Assembly (NCBI GenBank): GCA_048937405.1
Contig: JBHLNF010000005.1
Location: forward strand, 205,227 to 269,226
Length of the DNA: 64,000 nucleotides
Reading direction: 5' to 3'
Origin: Promethearchaeota archaeon
GTDB lineage: Archaea; Asgardarchaeota; Lokiarchaeia; Sigyniarchaeales; SOKP01
The notes beneath the pieces were generated by a model, which worked only from the letters and a program-made list of their open reading frames with translations, searched no databases and was not told the DNA's origin. A program made the position numbers and the translations under genes. This document shows, piece by piece, positions 41,950 to 52,512 of the stretch (position 1 is its first letter; every line of letters starts with the position of its first letter).

Positions 41950-43248
41950 TTATTTTATCATTTCTAGGAATGCTTCAATTCTTGTTAATAGATTACCTTC
42001 ATCTTCAGAGGAATAATCTGTAGAAATTGAAAGTATTGGTATCCCTTCTTTTTTAAGTTCCCTTTCTAGTCCAATAGCTTCTACCTCATAAGGTTGACAA
42101 AAGTTTAAAGTATACAGAATAACTCCATCAACATTATAATTTTTCACAAGTTCTATTATATCCTCTTTTCGACCTTCATTTGGAGTAAAACATGCGCAAT
42201 TTATTCCTAAATATCTTTCAGCAATGATTTTGAGAAGTTCATCTATTGTATCTCCATTTATTTCATATTCAGAGTCAAAATATCTAGTTCCTGTGCAAGT
42301 CTCTTCCGCTACTATAATAGCTCCTTTAGATTCTACTAAATGATGTATTTTCCAGTTTGGGATTGCCATAGGAGTTCCAGTTATTAAAATCCTTTTTGCT
42401 CCTTTTTCTGTAACGCCTACATGTTTTTTCATACGTTCTTCTAACTCATTAGCGAGTTTTCCTATCATTTGAATTTGGCGATCAGGATCATCGTAAAAAG
42501 CAATTTGTGAAACTAATAAAGCGTCTTTTCCAGAAATTGGAACCGGATCTGCTTTCCTTGTTTCGTATATTCTTCGTAACTGTTTCCTCTTTGTTTTAAT
42601 TTTTTCCATGGACATTTTTAATTTTTCAGCATTAAGTTTATTTCCTGTTAATTTTTCAAGTTTTACAATTAGTCCTTTTAATTCCTCAATAAAATGAGCT
42701 TTAGCTTGTAGTCGATTTTTACATTGAGGGGTTTCCACAATATATATTGGTTTATATTCACTTATTACTTCCCAAGCCTTTTTTTTTCCATCACATGTTG
42801 TTTCACCAATTAAAAGATCTGTAATAGCGTAATAAGGACATATATTCCCAATACCAAAACCTAAAGCAGATTTAATTAATGCACATATGTTTGTGGGCAA
42901 TAATTCCTCTGAAGCATAATTGGAAAAATTTGTTCCACCACATAAACCAACACTAATAGCATCCAAAGCTAATATAATCTCATCTGGAATATATAAGCAA
43001 AAAGTTCCAATAATTTTTTTACCTTCTTCTTTTGCCTTCTTTAGTTCACTGACTCGAATACCGTGTATATCACCTACGACAAAGTCAAAAAATTCCATTC
43101 CTTCTGGTCGATTTTTCTGTGAATCTATATAAATCGTTTTGAATATTTCTGGTAATACAGCTAAAAGTTGATCATGTTTTTCAATATTTAAACCCAATTC
43201 TTTCCACATTGGGTACCAGTTTGTTTTTTCTGTCGTCATATATATCAA
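41950..43248 (-). CDS. 2-hydroxyacyl-CoA dehydratase family / double-cubane cluster reductase
   Basis: GTFCLYIPDE, LCGG, NICALIK, ETTCDGKKK, EETCTG, CACFTPN, TDYS...TRIEAFLEM. Confidence 0.88.
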   Translation of the reverse strand: MIYMTTEKTNWYPMWKELGLNIEKHDQLLAVLPEIFKTIYIDSQKNRPEGMEFFDFVVGDIHGIRVSELKKAKEEGKKIIGTFCLYIPDEIILALDAISVGLCGGTNFSNYASEELLPTNICALIKSALGFGIGNICPYYAITDLLIGETTCDGKKKAWEVISEYKPIYIVETPQCKNRLQAKAHFIEELKGLIVKLEKLTGNKLNAEKLKMSMEKIKTKRKQLRRIYETRKADPVPISGKDALLVSQIAFYDDPDRQIQMIGKLANELEERMKKHVGVTEKGAKRILITGTPMAIPNWKIHHLVESKGAIIVAEETCTGTRYFDSEYEINGDTIDELLKIIAERYLGINCACFTPNEGRKEDIIELVKNYNVDGVILYTLNFCQPYEVEAIGLERELKKEGIPILSISTDYSSEDEGNLLTRIEAFLEMIK

Positions 43249-43444
43249 TCCAATTTGTTTTCAATTAAATTATATTTGATCAAAGTTCATTTTATTTATT
43301 AATCTTTTCGATATTGTTTATCGAGAATTTCGATAAGTAATATAATAAGATTTCACTAATATTGTTAAAAAAAAAAATTTAGTAAAAATTAGAGTATTAT
43401 AACATTATGAGTATTTGAAAAATGGTTATTTCTTTATGTAATAT

Positions 43445-46387
43445 TTACTGTATAAATAAATCAATATGTTTAGTTGTTTTTCTCGGTATTTCAAATTGGT
43501 CTTTATAGTATAAATCCAATTTTATTTCATCAGCGCTAGGATCGAATAAGTTTTTTTTAAGCTCCTTTCTTTTATCTACTTTCAACACATAGTTGAACTT
43601 GAAATTTTTCCCTGGTTTCAATTCATTAATTTGGAGAAACTTTGGAAAACTTTCTTTTCGTTGGAAATTAAGATAAGTAGGTACTTTAAGTGAAATTTGT
43701 AAATCTTTAAAGTCAAAATTAGAAGGATTAGATAATTTAAAGTTTAGATAAATTTCGTTTCCAATAGTCTTGATGTTTTTAAAGAAAAGAATTTCTTTAG
43801 AATCTGGAATATCAGATTCAATTTGTTGATAATACAGTCTTTCATTAATAATTTTTACATTTAGTTTACCCTTGCTTATAAATTTAACAATTAAGTCTTT
43901 TAATTTTTCAATATTTAACCTAATATAATTAGCCAGCAAATCTAGTTTAATTGGATTTATAATTTTTAGATAATACTTAATTTGGTTTAGATAAAGCTTA
44001 TTATTAGATTTTCTGATAAAATTATTTAATCTATTTATCAATAATTCTTTTGAGTTACTAAATTTATTGAGAAATGGTCTTATATATAAATTAAAAATGT
44101 TATTATCATTGAAGACTTTTTCTTTACCAAGAATTAGATCTATCTCTTTCTCAGTTTCTTCAATAAAGGTTTGAATTTGTATTGAATTTAATTCTATTAA
44201 CTTCTTTATCTCTGAGAATTCATTCTTTTTTATCAAGAGATCTATTTTGTCTCTTAATTTATCAAAATCATCATTAAACTTTTTCATTCCTTCAATTCTC
44301 TCTGAAAAGATAGTTTGGATATGTCCTTGAAGGAGGTGAAAATTTAAGTCATTACTAATCGCATTAATTGATGTAGGAATTTTTGTATCAAACAATTCAT
44401 CTTTCATTAATTGAATTTGGCGATCCAAATCATTCAAATATTCTTGAATCTCAATCTTTACTGTTACCCACTTTTCCAAAAGATTTTCAAATATTTCGTT
44501 AAATTCTACATTATCAATTAGCAAATCTCTTATATTATTGTCCAAATTAAACGTTTTTTTTCTTATTTGAGTGATATAACTTAAAATATCATCATCAATA
44601 TTAGTGGGAAAAATATCTGGTTTTTCTTTATTTAAATTTGGCCCATATCTGTCTTCTTTCACATATTCAAACTCAACTTTTAGAACATCGATACGATTAC
44701 TTATAGTGGTAATTTTTTCCTTTAATTTTAAAATAAATTCCGCTTTTTTCTCTTCACAGATCTCTGAAATAAATGCTTTAATAATACTTAATTCTTCAAT
44801 TATCTGTACTCGAGTTTCTTCCCATTCTTCGATTAAATCAAAAGCCAACCTTTTATATTCAAATTGTTTGATAATATGATTGAATTTTTTAATTTTCTTC
44901 AAGATTTTATTATATTTTTCATTTAATTGAAGATCAGATTCATTAAATTTGAAATTTTGAATGTATGAATTCATTTTTTCTCGAAAATCAGCAGGGATCT
45001 TTTGAAATTCAATAATTTTTTTATGAAATAATGATAATTCATTTTTGATTCTACTAATAGATTCATTGATATCTGCAAATTTGTTGTGGATATTTTGTAA
45101 TGTATAGGTAATTTCATTTTTAACTTCAGGATCTTTTTCAATTTTCAAAGCTTTGTTCAATTCAATGGTAATCCAAATAGCCATCTTTTTACTTTCTAAA
45201 ATAAAACAGATATTCTGCAATAGGATTATGGTTTTCTTTCTCTCTCGCCAGAAACGTGATTCTAATTGATATAAAATTTTTGTAATTTCATTTTCAATTT
45301 CAATCTGGTATTCTTCAAATAACCGTTTAAATACTAAGGCAATAGTCTCTCTAATATTTTCAGAAGGATTTTCTAATTCTTCAAATAAATATGGAAATAT
45401 TTCAGTAATATTTTGGTGACTTAGATGGTATATAGCATTAATTAGTGAATTACTAAAATTTGAGTTATTTGCTTCTGAGATAGAATTTAATAAATTTGCC
45501 CAGATTTGATCAAAGTTATTTTCAGCAATATTCACAAGAGCATCTATTACTTTTAATTGAATTCGATAATCGTTTTCTTTCAATAAATTAATTAATTTTG
45601 GGATAATAGAAATTATTTCTGGAGACTTTTCTTTACCTATCTCTCCAAATAGCCAAATTATAAGTTCTTTTACTCTATTTTCTTCGTTATAGAGAAGGTT
45701 TAAAAGAATATAAAGTATATTTTCTTTTGTCAAGAAATAAGTACCATGAATCTTTAAGAGTTCTGCGGCAGCTCTCGCAACATCATCATCTTCATCTCTG
45801 AGATTTATTATCACCATTGATAATAATGGTTCTAAATTACGAATTTTAGTGTAATCCTGATTTAAAATCTTCTGAATTGTTTTAATTACATTTAGTTTTA
45901 CTTTCCAATCATTATCCATCAATTTTTCTGTATATTCTTCAATTATCTCCCGCAATTCATCTAAATCTATATGTAGAGATAAAATTAAATTGCCTATGAT
46001 TTTTACAGTTAATCTCCTTACAGAAGGATCCTGATCATATAACCGTCCTCGAATCTTGCCTAATAATTCAATTAATAAATTCGGTCTAAATAAACTAATT
46101 TGATATGAAATCTCTAACGATACCAATCTAATCCAGGAATCAGAATCATTAACAAAAGGAATAATACCTTTTATTACTCTCTCTGAGATTTGAGGAGATT
46201 TATCACAGATTAGATTTAATAGACTGAGACTTCGATATATTAACTCTTTATTTGATTGGTTTTCATACTGTTCAATAATGTTAAATATTTCATCTGATGC
46301 TTTTTTATTATACCCTTTTAGAATTAAACTCTCAATTTTTTCAGTGTCTAACGATTCAAGGGAGTCTAAGGGATCTTGGGATTTCAA
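43445..46387 (-). CDS. HEAT-repeat protein with coiled coil, PCI-like winged helix and C-terminal appendage-like Ig domain
   Basis: HEAT motifs (LYDQDPSVR, LMDNDWKVK, LRDEDDDVAR); IKLDLLANYIRL...LIVKFISKGKLNVKI; FKLSNPSNFDFKDLQISL. Confidence 0.75.
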   Translation of the reverse strand: MKSQDPLDSLESLDTEKIESLILKGYNKKASDEIFNIIEQYENQSNKELIYRSLSLLNLICDKSPQISERVIKGIIPFVNDSDSWIRLVSLEISYQISLFRPNLLIELLGKIRGRLYDQDPSVRRLTVKIIGNLILSLHIDLDELREIIEEYTEKLMDNDWKVKLNVIKTIQKILNQDYTKIRNLEPLLSMVIINLRDEDDDVARAAAELLKIHGTYFLTKENILYILLNLLYNEENRVKELIIWLFGEIGKEKSPEIISIIPKLINLLKENDYRIQLKVIDALVNIAENNFDQIWANLLNSISEANNSNFSNSLINAIYHLSHQNITEIFPYLFEELENPSENIRETIALVFKRLFEEYQIEIENEITKILYQLESRFWRERKKTIILLQNICFILESKKMAIWITIELNKALKIEKDPEVKNEITYTLQNIHNKFADINESISRIKNELSLFHKKIIEFQKIPADFREKMNSYIQNFKFNESDLQLNEKYNKILKKIKKFNHIIKQFEYKRLAFDLIEEWEETRVQIIEELSIIKAFISEICEEKKAEFILKLKEKITTISNRIDVLKVEFEYVKEDRYGPNLNKEKPDIFPTNIDDDILSYITQIRKKTFNLDNNIRDLLIDNVEFNEIFENLLEKWVTVKIEIQEYLNDLDRQIQLMKDELFDTKIPTSINAISNDLNFHLLQGHIQTIFSERIEGMKKFNDDFDKLRDKIDLLIKKNEFSEIKKLIELNSIQIQTFIEETEKEIDLILGKEKVFNDNNIFNLYIRPFLNKFSNSKELLINRLNNFIRKSNNKLYLNQIKYYLKIINPIKLDLLANYIRLNIEKLKDLIVKFISKGKLNVKIINERLYYQQIESDIPDSKEILFFKNIKTIGNEIYLNFKLSNPSNFDFKDLQISLKVPTYLNFQRKESFPKFLQINELKPGKNFKFNYVLKVDKRKELKKNLFDPSADEIKLDLYYKDQFEIPRKTTKHIDLFIQ

Positions 46388-46549
46388 TGCGATAGGTAAA
46401 ATTGTTTTTTATTATTTATACTTCAATTATCACTTCTATCTAAACTAGTATAAATATATTATAAAATAGTTATGTGAAGAAGAAAAAAAAATTCTACTCT
46501 ACACAAAATTGTTTAAAAAAAGTAATAAAATCATGAAACATTTTTGGCT

Positions 46550-47098
46550 TTATTCAAAAAGTTCAATAATTGCTTGCCCAGGGGTAGCGATTCGTTCTCG
46601 ATAAGTAAGTATCCCATTTTCAACTTCTTTTTCATGTATGAGTCCTAATGTTATATCTTTCTCAGATACATATCCCCGCTCTCCAGCTTCAAATAACTTG
46701 ATGATATTTCCTTGTTTGTCTTTGATATCAATTTTAGTTATCGTAGTCTGACTCACGTCAAAATATACTCGATTACCCTCTATCTTGTTCAACTTTGCTT
46801 CAGTAATAAGTAAATCTCTACACCTCACCATACCTCTCATTTGTACTTCAATTTCTATAATGGTTCCATATTTCCCATGTTCGAGAAAATCTTCGAATAG
46901 TTTTGTAATAAAACCAAAACTTAACAATCCATGAGCAATAACGCCTTTAAGCCCTGCTCTTTCGGCTATAACATCATTAGTATGAATAGGGTTTGTATCT
47001 CCTGATGCTTTTGCATATTGTTTTAGTAAATCTCTTGTAATATCCTTAAATTCATTTTTTAATACTTGTCCAACTTTTAAATCAGAAACTTTAACCAT
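46550..47098 (-). CDS. MaoC-family (R)-hydratase/dehydratase, catalytic subunit
   Basis: YAKASGDTNPIH, IAHGLL; likely ATG at 47098 after GGAGG. Confidence 0.88.
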   Translation of the reverse strand: MVKVSDLKVGQVLKNEFKDITRDLLKQYAKASGDTNPIHTNDVIAERAGLKGVIAHGLLSFGFITKLFEDFLEHGKYGTIIEIEVQMRGMVRCRDLLITEAKLNKIEGNRVYFDVSQTTITKIDIKDKQGNIIKLFEAGERGYVSEKDITLGLIHEKEVENGILTYRERIATPGQAIIELFE

Positions 47099-47099
47099 T

Positions 47100-47624
47100 T
47101 TAATACCCTCCTTTGCGAAATCCAGCAGAGATAGTAATATTACAAACAGGTTCATTATTTTGATTTTTTACATGAATTAAAAAGTCAGCAAATAACATCA
47201 TATTTTTTTCAACTAATTTTATATCAACACACCTACCTGAGACTTTTAGTTTATCCCCAGGTTTCACATCAACACAACCTTCCCAATTATATCTATTACC
47301 TGCATGTAGGAGTTTACCCGGATCAAGCATAATACCCCGTTCTTTTCCATCTTGATTCAATTTTATTCCTAAAAGCAATTTATATATAGCTTTAATAGTA
47401 TAATAATTTGCAAACGCATGACATGCAATTACACCTTGTTCCTCTGTACCGACGTATTTGGGATTAGTTATACCATATATTTTAGCAAAATTAACCATAT
47501 TTCTATATCTAATATTTACTGTTGTAGATCCAGGAATATCCTTTCCTTTCATATTGTCAATTAAAAATTCAGCATTCTTTTTCATTTCTTTAATATCCAA
47601 ATTGACATCACTCTTTTTGCTCAA
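47100..47624 (-). CDS. MaoC N-terminal-type hot-dog protein (partner subunit)
   Basis: FAKIYGITNPKY, LLHAGNRY, VKPGDKL, NQNNEPV. Confidence 0.75.
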   Translation of the reverse strand: MSKKSDVNLDIKEMKKNAEFLIDNMKGKDIPGSTTVNIRYRNMVNFAKIYGITNPKYVGTEEQGVIACHAFANYYTIKAIYKLLLGIKLNQDGKERGIMLDPGKLLHAGNRYNWEGCVDVKPGDKLKVSGRCVDIKLVEKNMMLFADFLIHVKNQNNEPVCNITISAGFRKGGY

Positions 47625-47738
47625 AATTAAAAATTATAACAAATAAAAATTCAATTCATTTTACTTAAAGTTTTAATTTAAATTATAACTTTTGAGAAGA
47701 ACTTCATTAAAATCAGCTAATTATCCTATAAAAATTCA

Positions 47739-48461
47739 TTAATTTATTTTTGTATATAATTTTTCTTCATTACTGGTAGATTTGAAGTAATTCAAGATTC
47801 TTTCTTTTTCTTTAGATCCATTTAAAAAAATACAAGAGATTTTATATTGTTCTATAAGAGTTAATGCATAAGCATCTATAGGACGAGTTCTTTCTTTTAA
47901 TTCATCAGCATTGGATTTAACTTTTAAAAATTTTCCTAATTCCTTCATCTCTTTAAATTTTGATACAGAAATTTCTTTTATTATTTCATTCTTATCATTT
48001 AAAATACCTTCAACATCTTTAATTAAATAACATTCACTCAACTCTAGTTCTTTTGCTAGATGTATAGCTATAGAATCCGAAGTTACATCCCAACTATGTG
48101 GGAGGTTATCATGTTCTTTAAAATACTCATAGGGTAAGAAAATCGAGATTGTATTGCTTATTTTCTTTAATTTACTAAAATTTTCAATTACTTCTATATC
48201 AGGAAAGTTTCTACTCAATTCTAATCCATTATAATTCATAGAGATAATTCCCATAAAATGCGCAATTTCTTCAGTAAATTTTAATTCAGTGTATACTTTT
48301 CTAATAAAATTTGCAAATGTCCCCCCACCTGGAATTATAATTATTTTTTGAATTATTTTCTCTTCAAATAGCGATTTCAACTGGGATATTGTAGATTTTA
48401 AATTTTCAAATTCTCCTAAAATTTTACCTCCAATTTTAAATAACGCTGTTGTATAATTCAT
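47739..48461 (-). CDS. mfnE: Amino-acid-kinase-fold methanofuran biosynthesis kinase
   Basis: KIGG, PGGGTFANFIR, LPHSWDVTSDSIA; adjacent to mfnF. Confidence 0.8.
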   Translation of the reverse strand: MNYTTALFKIGGKILGEFENLKSTISQLKSLFEEKIIQKIIIIPGGGTFANFIRKVYTELKFTEEIAHFMGIISMNYNGLELSRNFPDIEVIENFSKLKKISNTISIFLPYEYFKEHDNLPHSWDVTSDSIAIHLAKELELSECYLIKDVEGILNDKNEIIKEISVSKFKEMKELGKFLKVKSNADELKERTRPIDAYALTLIEQYKISCIFLNGSKEKERILNYFKSTSNEEKLYTKIN

Positions 48462-48476
48462 TTTCCTATAAATATA

Positions 48477-49550
48477 CTATAATTGATAGAAGAATGCCCC
48501 TGCTACTGCAAAAGCAGATGAATTGATAGAATTTGGTATATGAGTAATTTCTTCGTAAGTAACTATATCATCAAAGCCTAATTTTTTTAAAGATTTTCTG
48601 ATTAAGAAATCTGCTGATAAACCAGTTATTACATATTTTGGGTTAATTTCAAATTCAATAAATCTATTTTTAAGATTTTGCATGAATAATCCTATTTCTC
48701 TTATAATAATATCTAATTGCTTCTTATAAATGTATTTTGCAATTCTCTTTAAATCTTCTTTTGAAATTGTTTCAAGATCCATGCATATTACTCTAGAAAG
48801 CCGAGCATAACAATTTTCTAATGATTTTGAACGATTATCAGCAGTATCATTAATATATTCTTCTTCTGAAATATTTTTTAAAATTCTATGAATATCTGAG
48901 ATTAAAGCAAACTTCTCAAATGATATACGAATATTTTTATCTTTATAAGGGACATGATGAGTAATAGAGGGAATTGTAGCTCTCAAACCTCCTGTGTAAA
49001 TTAACTCATGATTTTCTAAACGAGAAATATCATCTCTTCCTTTTGGTATGGGTAAAGAATTAATAATTGGTATTATATCAATTGTTGTCGATCCTGCATC
49101 AATTAAAATACACTTAGGAATGAATTGACCTAAGAATAAAGCTGTAGAAGCCCAATTGGCTGCTGAAATTAAGGAATACTCCGCTTTAGCTATATCAAAA
49201 TTAACAAATGTACTCTTGTTGGTGATAAATTTTAATTTATTTCTATCAAAGATTTGATCAAGGGCATTTAAAATAGTTAGAATCCCTTCTCTTTTGGTTT
49301 GAAAAGCATCAGAGAGTTCAGCAGTAATAGCTACAGCGATGTAATTAATACTTTCAAGTTTAACATTATTCTTAATGACTAAATTTTCAGTGACTCTTTT
49401 AAATAATTTTGGAATTTCAATTATTGTTTTTTCCCAGAATGGAAAATATTCTATATATGAATAAGATTCAATAATTTCTTTATTTTTTATTTTAAGAAAA
49501 GCTGCTTTTGTATTAGCTCCACCAATATCTAATCCAAGTATGAGAATTAT
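48477..49550 (-). CDS. mfnF: Hydantoinase A-family methanofuran biosynthesis protein, about 357 aa, putative ATA/ATT start
   Basis: 188 stop-free codons upstream of the ORF-track start: GLDIGGANTK, YFPFW, TAELSDAFQTKREG, AANW, DAGSTT. Confidence 0.85.
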   Translation of the reverse strand: MILILGLDIGGANTKAAFLKIKNKEIIESYSYIEYFPFWEKTIIEIPKLFKRVTENLVIKNNVKLESINYIAVAITAELSDAFQTKREGILTILNALDQIFDRNKLKFITNKSTFVNFDIAKAEYSLISAANWASTALFLGQFIPKCILIDAGSTTIDIIPIINSLPIPKGRDDISRLENHELIYTGGLRATIPSITHHVPYKDKNIRISFEKFALISDIHRILKNISEEEYINDTADNRSKSLENCYARLSRVICMDLETISKEDLKRIAKYIYKKQLDIIIREIGLFMQNLKNRFIEFEINPKYVITGLSADFLIRKSLKKLGFDDIVTYEEITHIPNSINSSAFAVAGAFFYQL

Positions 49551-50587
49551 TCATCACTTTCATATCGTAATTTTAAAGCATTGATTAGCTTATCTAAGTT
49601 CTCTCCTGTAAGAGCATTAGTTAAATAAAATTCATTGTCTTTTAGATTTAGTTTATCTCTTAAAAATTGAATTTCTGAATCCTTGGCTAAATCTATTTTA
49701 TTAAAGATAATAATAATCTTTATCTGTCCCTCTTTAGAAAAATTACGTTTTATTTCATTAAATAATTCAATTTGAGACTCAACATTATATCCAGAGGCAG
49801 GTGTAGGATCAAATATAAAGAGAATTATATCAGATATTAATCTTAGAGCTAAAATTGCTTGTAATTCTATATTATTCCTCTTCATCATAGGTCGGTCTAA
49901 TATGCCTGGGGTATCTAGACACTGAATATTAATTGAATCGAATTTTCTTTTAATTTCCAAATGTCCCATATTCAACTTTTTAGTTGTAAATGGGTATTCT
50001 TTAACTTCAATCCTTTTATTTGTGGAGATTTTTTTGACAATACTACTCTTTCCAACATTGGGATAACCTGCAACAACTATGCATGGCATTGTATAATCGA
50101 TTGAAGGTATTTCTCTCAATCTACCTCTAATATCATTAAGATATTCAAGATTATTTTTCTGCTTATTTATTATTGAAGAGATTCTCCCAAAAGCAGCTCT
50201 GCGCAACCGGTCCCCTTCTTTTGGAGCTTCTATCTTCTTTAATTTGGAAAGATATTCTCTTTCAATTTGATTGAGAATAGGCAAAATTCCATTTAATTTA
50301 CCCAATGTTAATTTCAAATTATCAATATTTACGAGTATAGATGCTAGTTCTTTGTAAAAGTCTGGAAGATCATTAATAATGGGAACCATTTTTATAATTT
50401 TTATAATTCTATTTATGATTTCTTCAATAGCAACAATAATACGCTTGGATTCTTTTTTTTTAGCCTTAATTAGGATTGGAGCGTTTTTTGAAACTTGAGC
50501 TGAACTTCTCATGCTTCTTTTAAATGCAATGTCTAATAATTCACTTGAACTTGGTACATGATAGAATTTATCAAAAGGGTTTTTCAT
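49547..50587 (-). CDS. NOG1-family GTPase
   Basis: AGYPNVGKSS, YPFTTK, DTPGILDRP, RNNIELQA, NKID. Confidence 0.93.
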   Translation of the reverse strand: MKNPFDKFYHVPSSSELLDIAFKRSMRSSAQVSKNAPILIKAKKKESKRIIVAIEEIINRIIKIIKMVPIINDLPDFYKELASILVNIDNLKLTLGKLNGILPILNQIEREYLSKLKKIEAPKEGDRLRRAAFGRISSIINKQKNNLEYLNDIRGRLREIPSIDYTMPCIVVAGYPNVGKSSIVKKISTNKRIEVKEYPFTTKKLNMGHLEIKRKFDSINIQCLDTPGILDRPMMKRNNIELQAILALRLISDIILFIFDPTPASGYNVESQIELFNEIKRNFSKEGQIKIIIIFNKIDLAKDSEIQFLRDKLNLKDNEFYLTNALTGENLDKLINALKLRYESDE

Positions 50588-50635
50588 TAAAAATCATATA
50601 AAATGTTTGTTTTAGGATAAAGAGATAATAATTAT

Positions 50636-51175
50636 TTATATTTTTTGGCGAATTTCGATAAGTTTTCTCTCAGTTTCATCTATTTCTTTAGAGAAGTTCA
50701 TTATATCTTTCGGGATTGATTTATACAATTCTAAAAGATATTCATATCTTCCTATTAATCGAGGATATTTCCTTAATTTTTCTTCTTTTTCAGCTTTTTT
50801 GATAATTAAATCGATCATTTCAATTTTTTGTTTTATTTCAGGTGATAAAGCTTTCTGTTCTGAAATTTTTTTATAACTTAATCTTTCTTTTTCTTCTAAC
50901 ACTTTATCAACATGTTTTTGGAACTCAACTTCACCCTTGGTTTTTACCATTGTGTCTTGTTTCTGAAATTTAACTAAATTTTTTAATTGGAATACTCTCT
51001 TTTCAATCATCCCAATTTTTCCTTGATATCCTAATTTAGAATAAATCTCTTTTGATTCCTCCAGTAAAGAAATTGCTGATACATAATTTTTCTTTTGAAA
51101 TTCTTCTTTTGATTTTTTTTCTAGTCTTTCTGCTTCTCTTTCTAACTCATCAAAAGGTCCCGGCATAAATATCAT
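50636..51175 (-). CDS. Small MIT/TPR-like repeat protein
   Basis: Two helical units (NYVSAISLLEESKEIYSKLGY) separated by a charged helix. Confidence 0.6.
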   Translation of the reverse strand: MIFMPGPFDELEREAERLEKKSKEEFQKKNYVSAISLLEESKEIYSKLGYQGKIGMIEKRVFQLKNLVKFQKQDTMVKTKGEVEFQKHVDKVLEEKERLSYKKISEQKALSPEIKQKIEMIDLIIKKAEKEEKLRKYPRLIGRYEYLLELYKSIPKDIMNFSKEIDETERKLIEIRQKI

Positions 51176-51373
51176 ATAATGTTAATAATTTTTAATACTA
51201 TTTTTGATCGTATAAGTTCATGATTTCTATTTATTTAAAGATTTTAGAAAATAAAAATGTAACAAATATGGTATTGCTTTCCAGAAAAACTTTTAATGTG
51301 ATTTTAATTATTATCTAAGACTTTAACATTATTTTCTACATCAAAAATAAAATTAATTAATATAAAACATCTA

Positions 51374-52462
51374 ATGAAAAAATTTAATGTTGGTATTCTT
51401 GGAGCTACCGGGATTGTTGGACAAAATTATATCAAGCTTTTACAAGATCATCCTTGGTTTGAAATAATAGATGTTGCTGCTTCTCCAAGATCAGCTGGTA
51501 AATCCTATACTGAAGCAGTTAAAGAAAAGTGGCAGATACCAATTTCAATTCCTGAAAAAATAAAAGATTTAACAGTAAGAGATGTTCAAGATTTTGAAAA
51601 TATTTCGGATAATCTTGACTTTCTTTTTTCTGCTATTAATATGCCCACAAAAGAGCAAATAAAAGAATTAGAGATTACCTATGCGAAAAAAGGTTTTCCT
51701 ATAATAAGTAATAATTCAGCTCATCGTTGGACTCCTGATGTACCTATGATTATTGGTGAAATTAACCACAATCATGTAAATGTCATACCTATTCAACAAA
51801 AAAATAGGAATTTTACTAAAGGTTTTATAATTGTAAAACCTAACTGTTCACTCCAAAGTTATTTAACACCAATTTATGCTTTAGAACAAGCAGGATATAA
51901 AGTAAAGAAATTAATTATTACCACATTGCAAGCTATTTCTGGTGCGGGGTATCCGGGTGTTTCATCTTTAGATATGCTTGACAATATTGTTCCATATATT
52001 GGTGGAGAGGAAGAGAAGACAGAGACAGAACCGCTAAAAATATTTGGTACAATTGGAAAAACTGGAATTGAGAATTATAATGATATTCAAATTAGTGCAA
52101 CCTGCACAAGAGTAGCAGTATCCGATGGTCATACTGCAAGTGTAAATATGAAATTTCAAGATAATGTCCCTTCAAGCGATAAAATTATCGAAATTTGGGA
52201 TAATTTTAGTTCTGTTCCTCAAGAGTTAGAACTACCTTTTGCTCCTAAACAACCAATAATTTATTTAAAGAATATTGATAGACCTCAACCAAACAAGGAC
52301 AGAGATAATGATAAAGGAATGGCCGTTACAGTAGGTAGACTTAGAGAGGATAATGTATTCGACTATAAATTTGTTTCATTAAGTCATAATACAATAAGAG
52401 GCGCTGCAGGCGGAGCTATTTTAAATGCGGAATTATTAGTTTCTAAAGGATTTATAAAATGA
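51374..52462 (+). CDS. asd: Aspartate-semialdehyde dehydrogenase
   Basis: GATGIVGQ, KPNCS, QAISGAG, CTRV..DGH, HNTIRGAAG. Confidence 0.95.
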   Translation: MKKFNVGILGATGIVGQNYIKLLQDHPWFEIIDVAASPRSAGKSYTEAVKEKWQIPISIPEKIKDLTVRDVQDFENISDNLDFLFSAINMPTKEQIKELEITYAKKGFPIISNNSAHRWTPDVPMIIGEINHNHVNVIPIQQKNRNFTKGFIIVKPNCSLQSYLTPIYALEQAGYKVKKLIITTLQAISGAGYPGVSSLDMLDNIVPYIGGEEEKTETEPLKIFGTIGKTGIENYNDIQISATCTRVAVSDGHTASVNMKFQDNVPSSDKIIEIWDNFSSVPQELELPFAPKQPIIYLKNIDRPQPNKDRDNDKGMAVTVGRLREDNVFDYKFVSLSHNTIRGAAGGAILNAELLVSKGFIK

Positions 52463-52512
52463 TATATATTTTTCAGTTTTAAGTTATCTCGATACATTTT
52501 TTAATCCTATCT

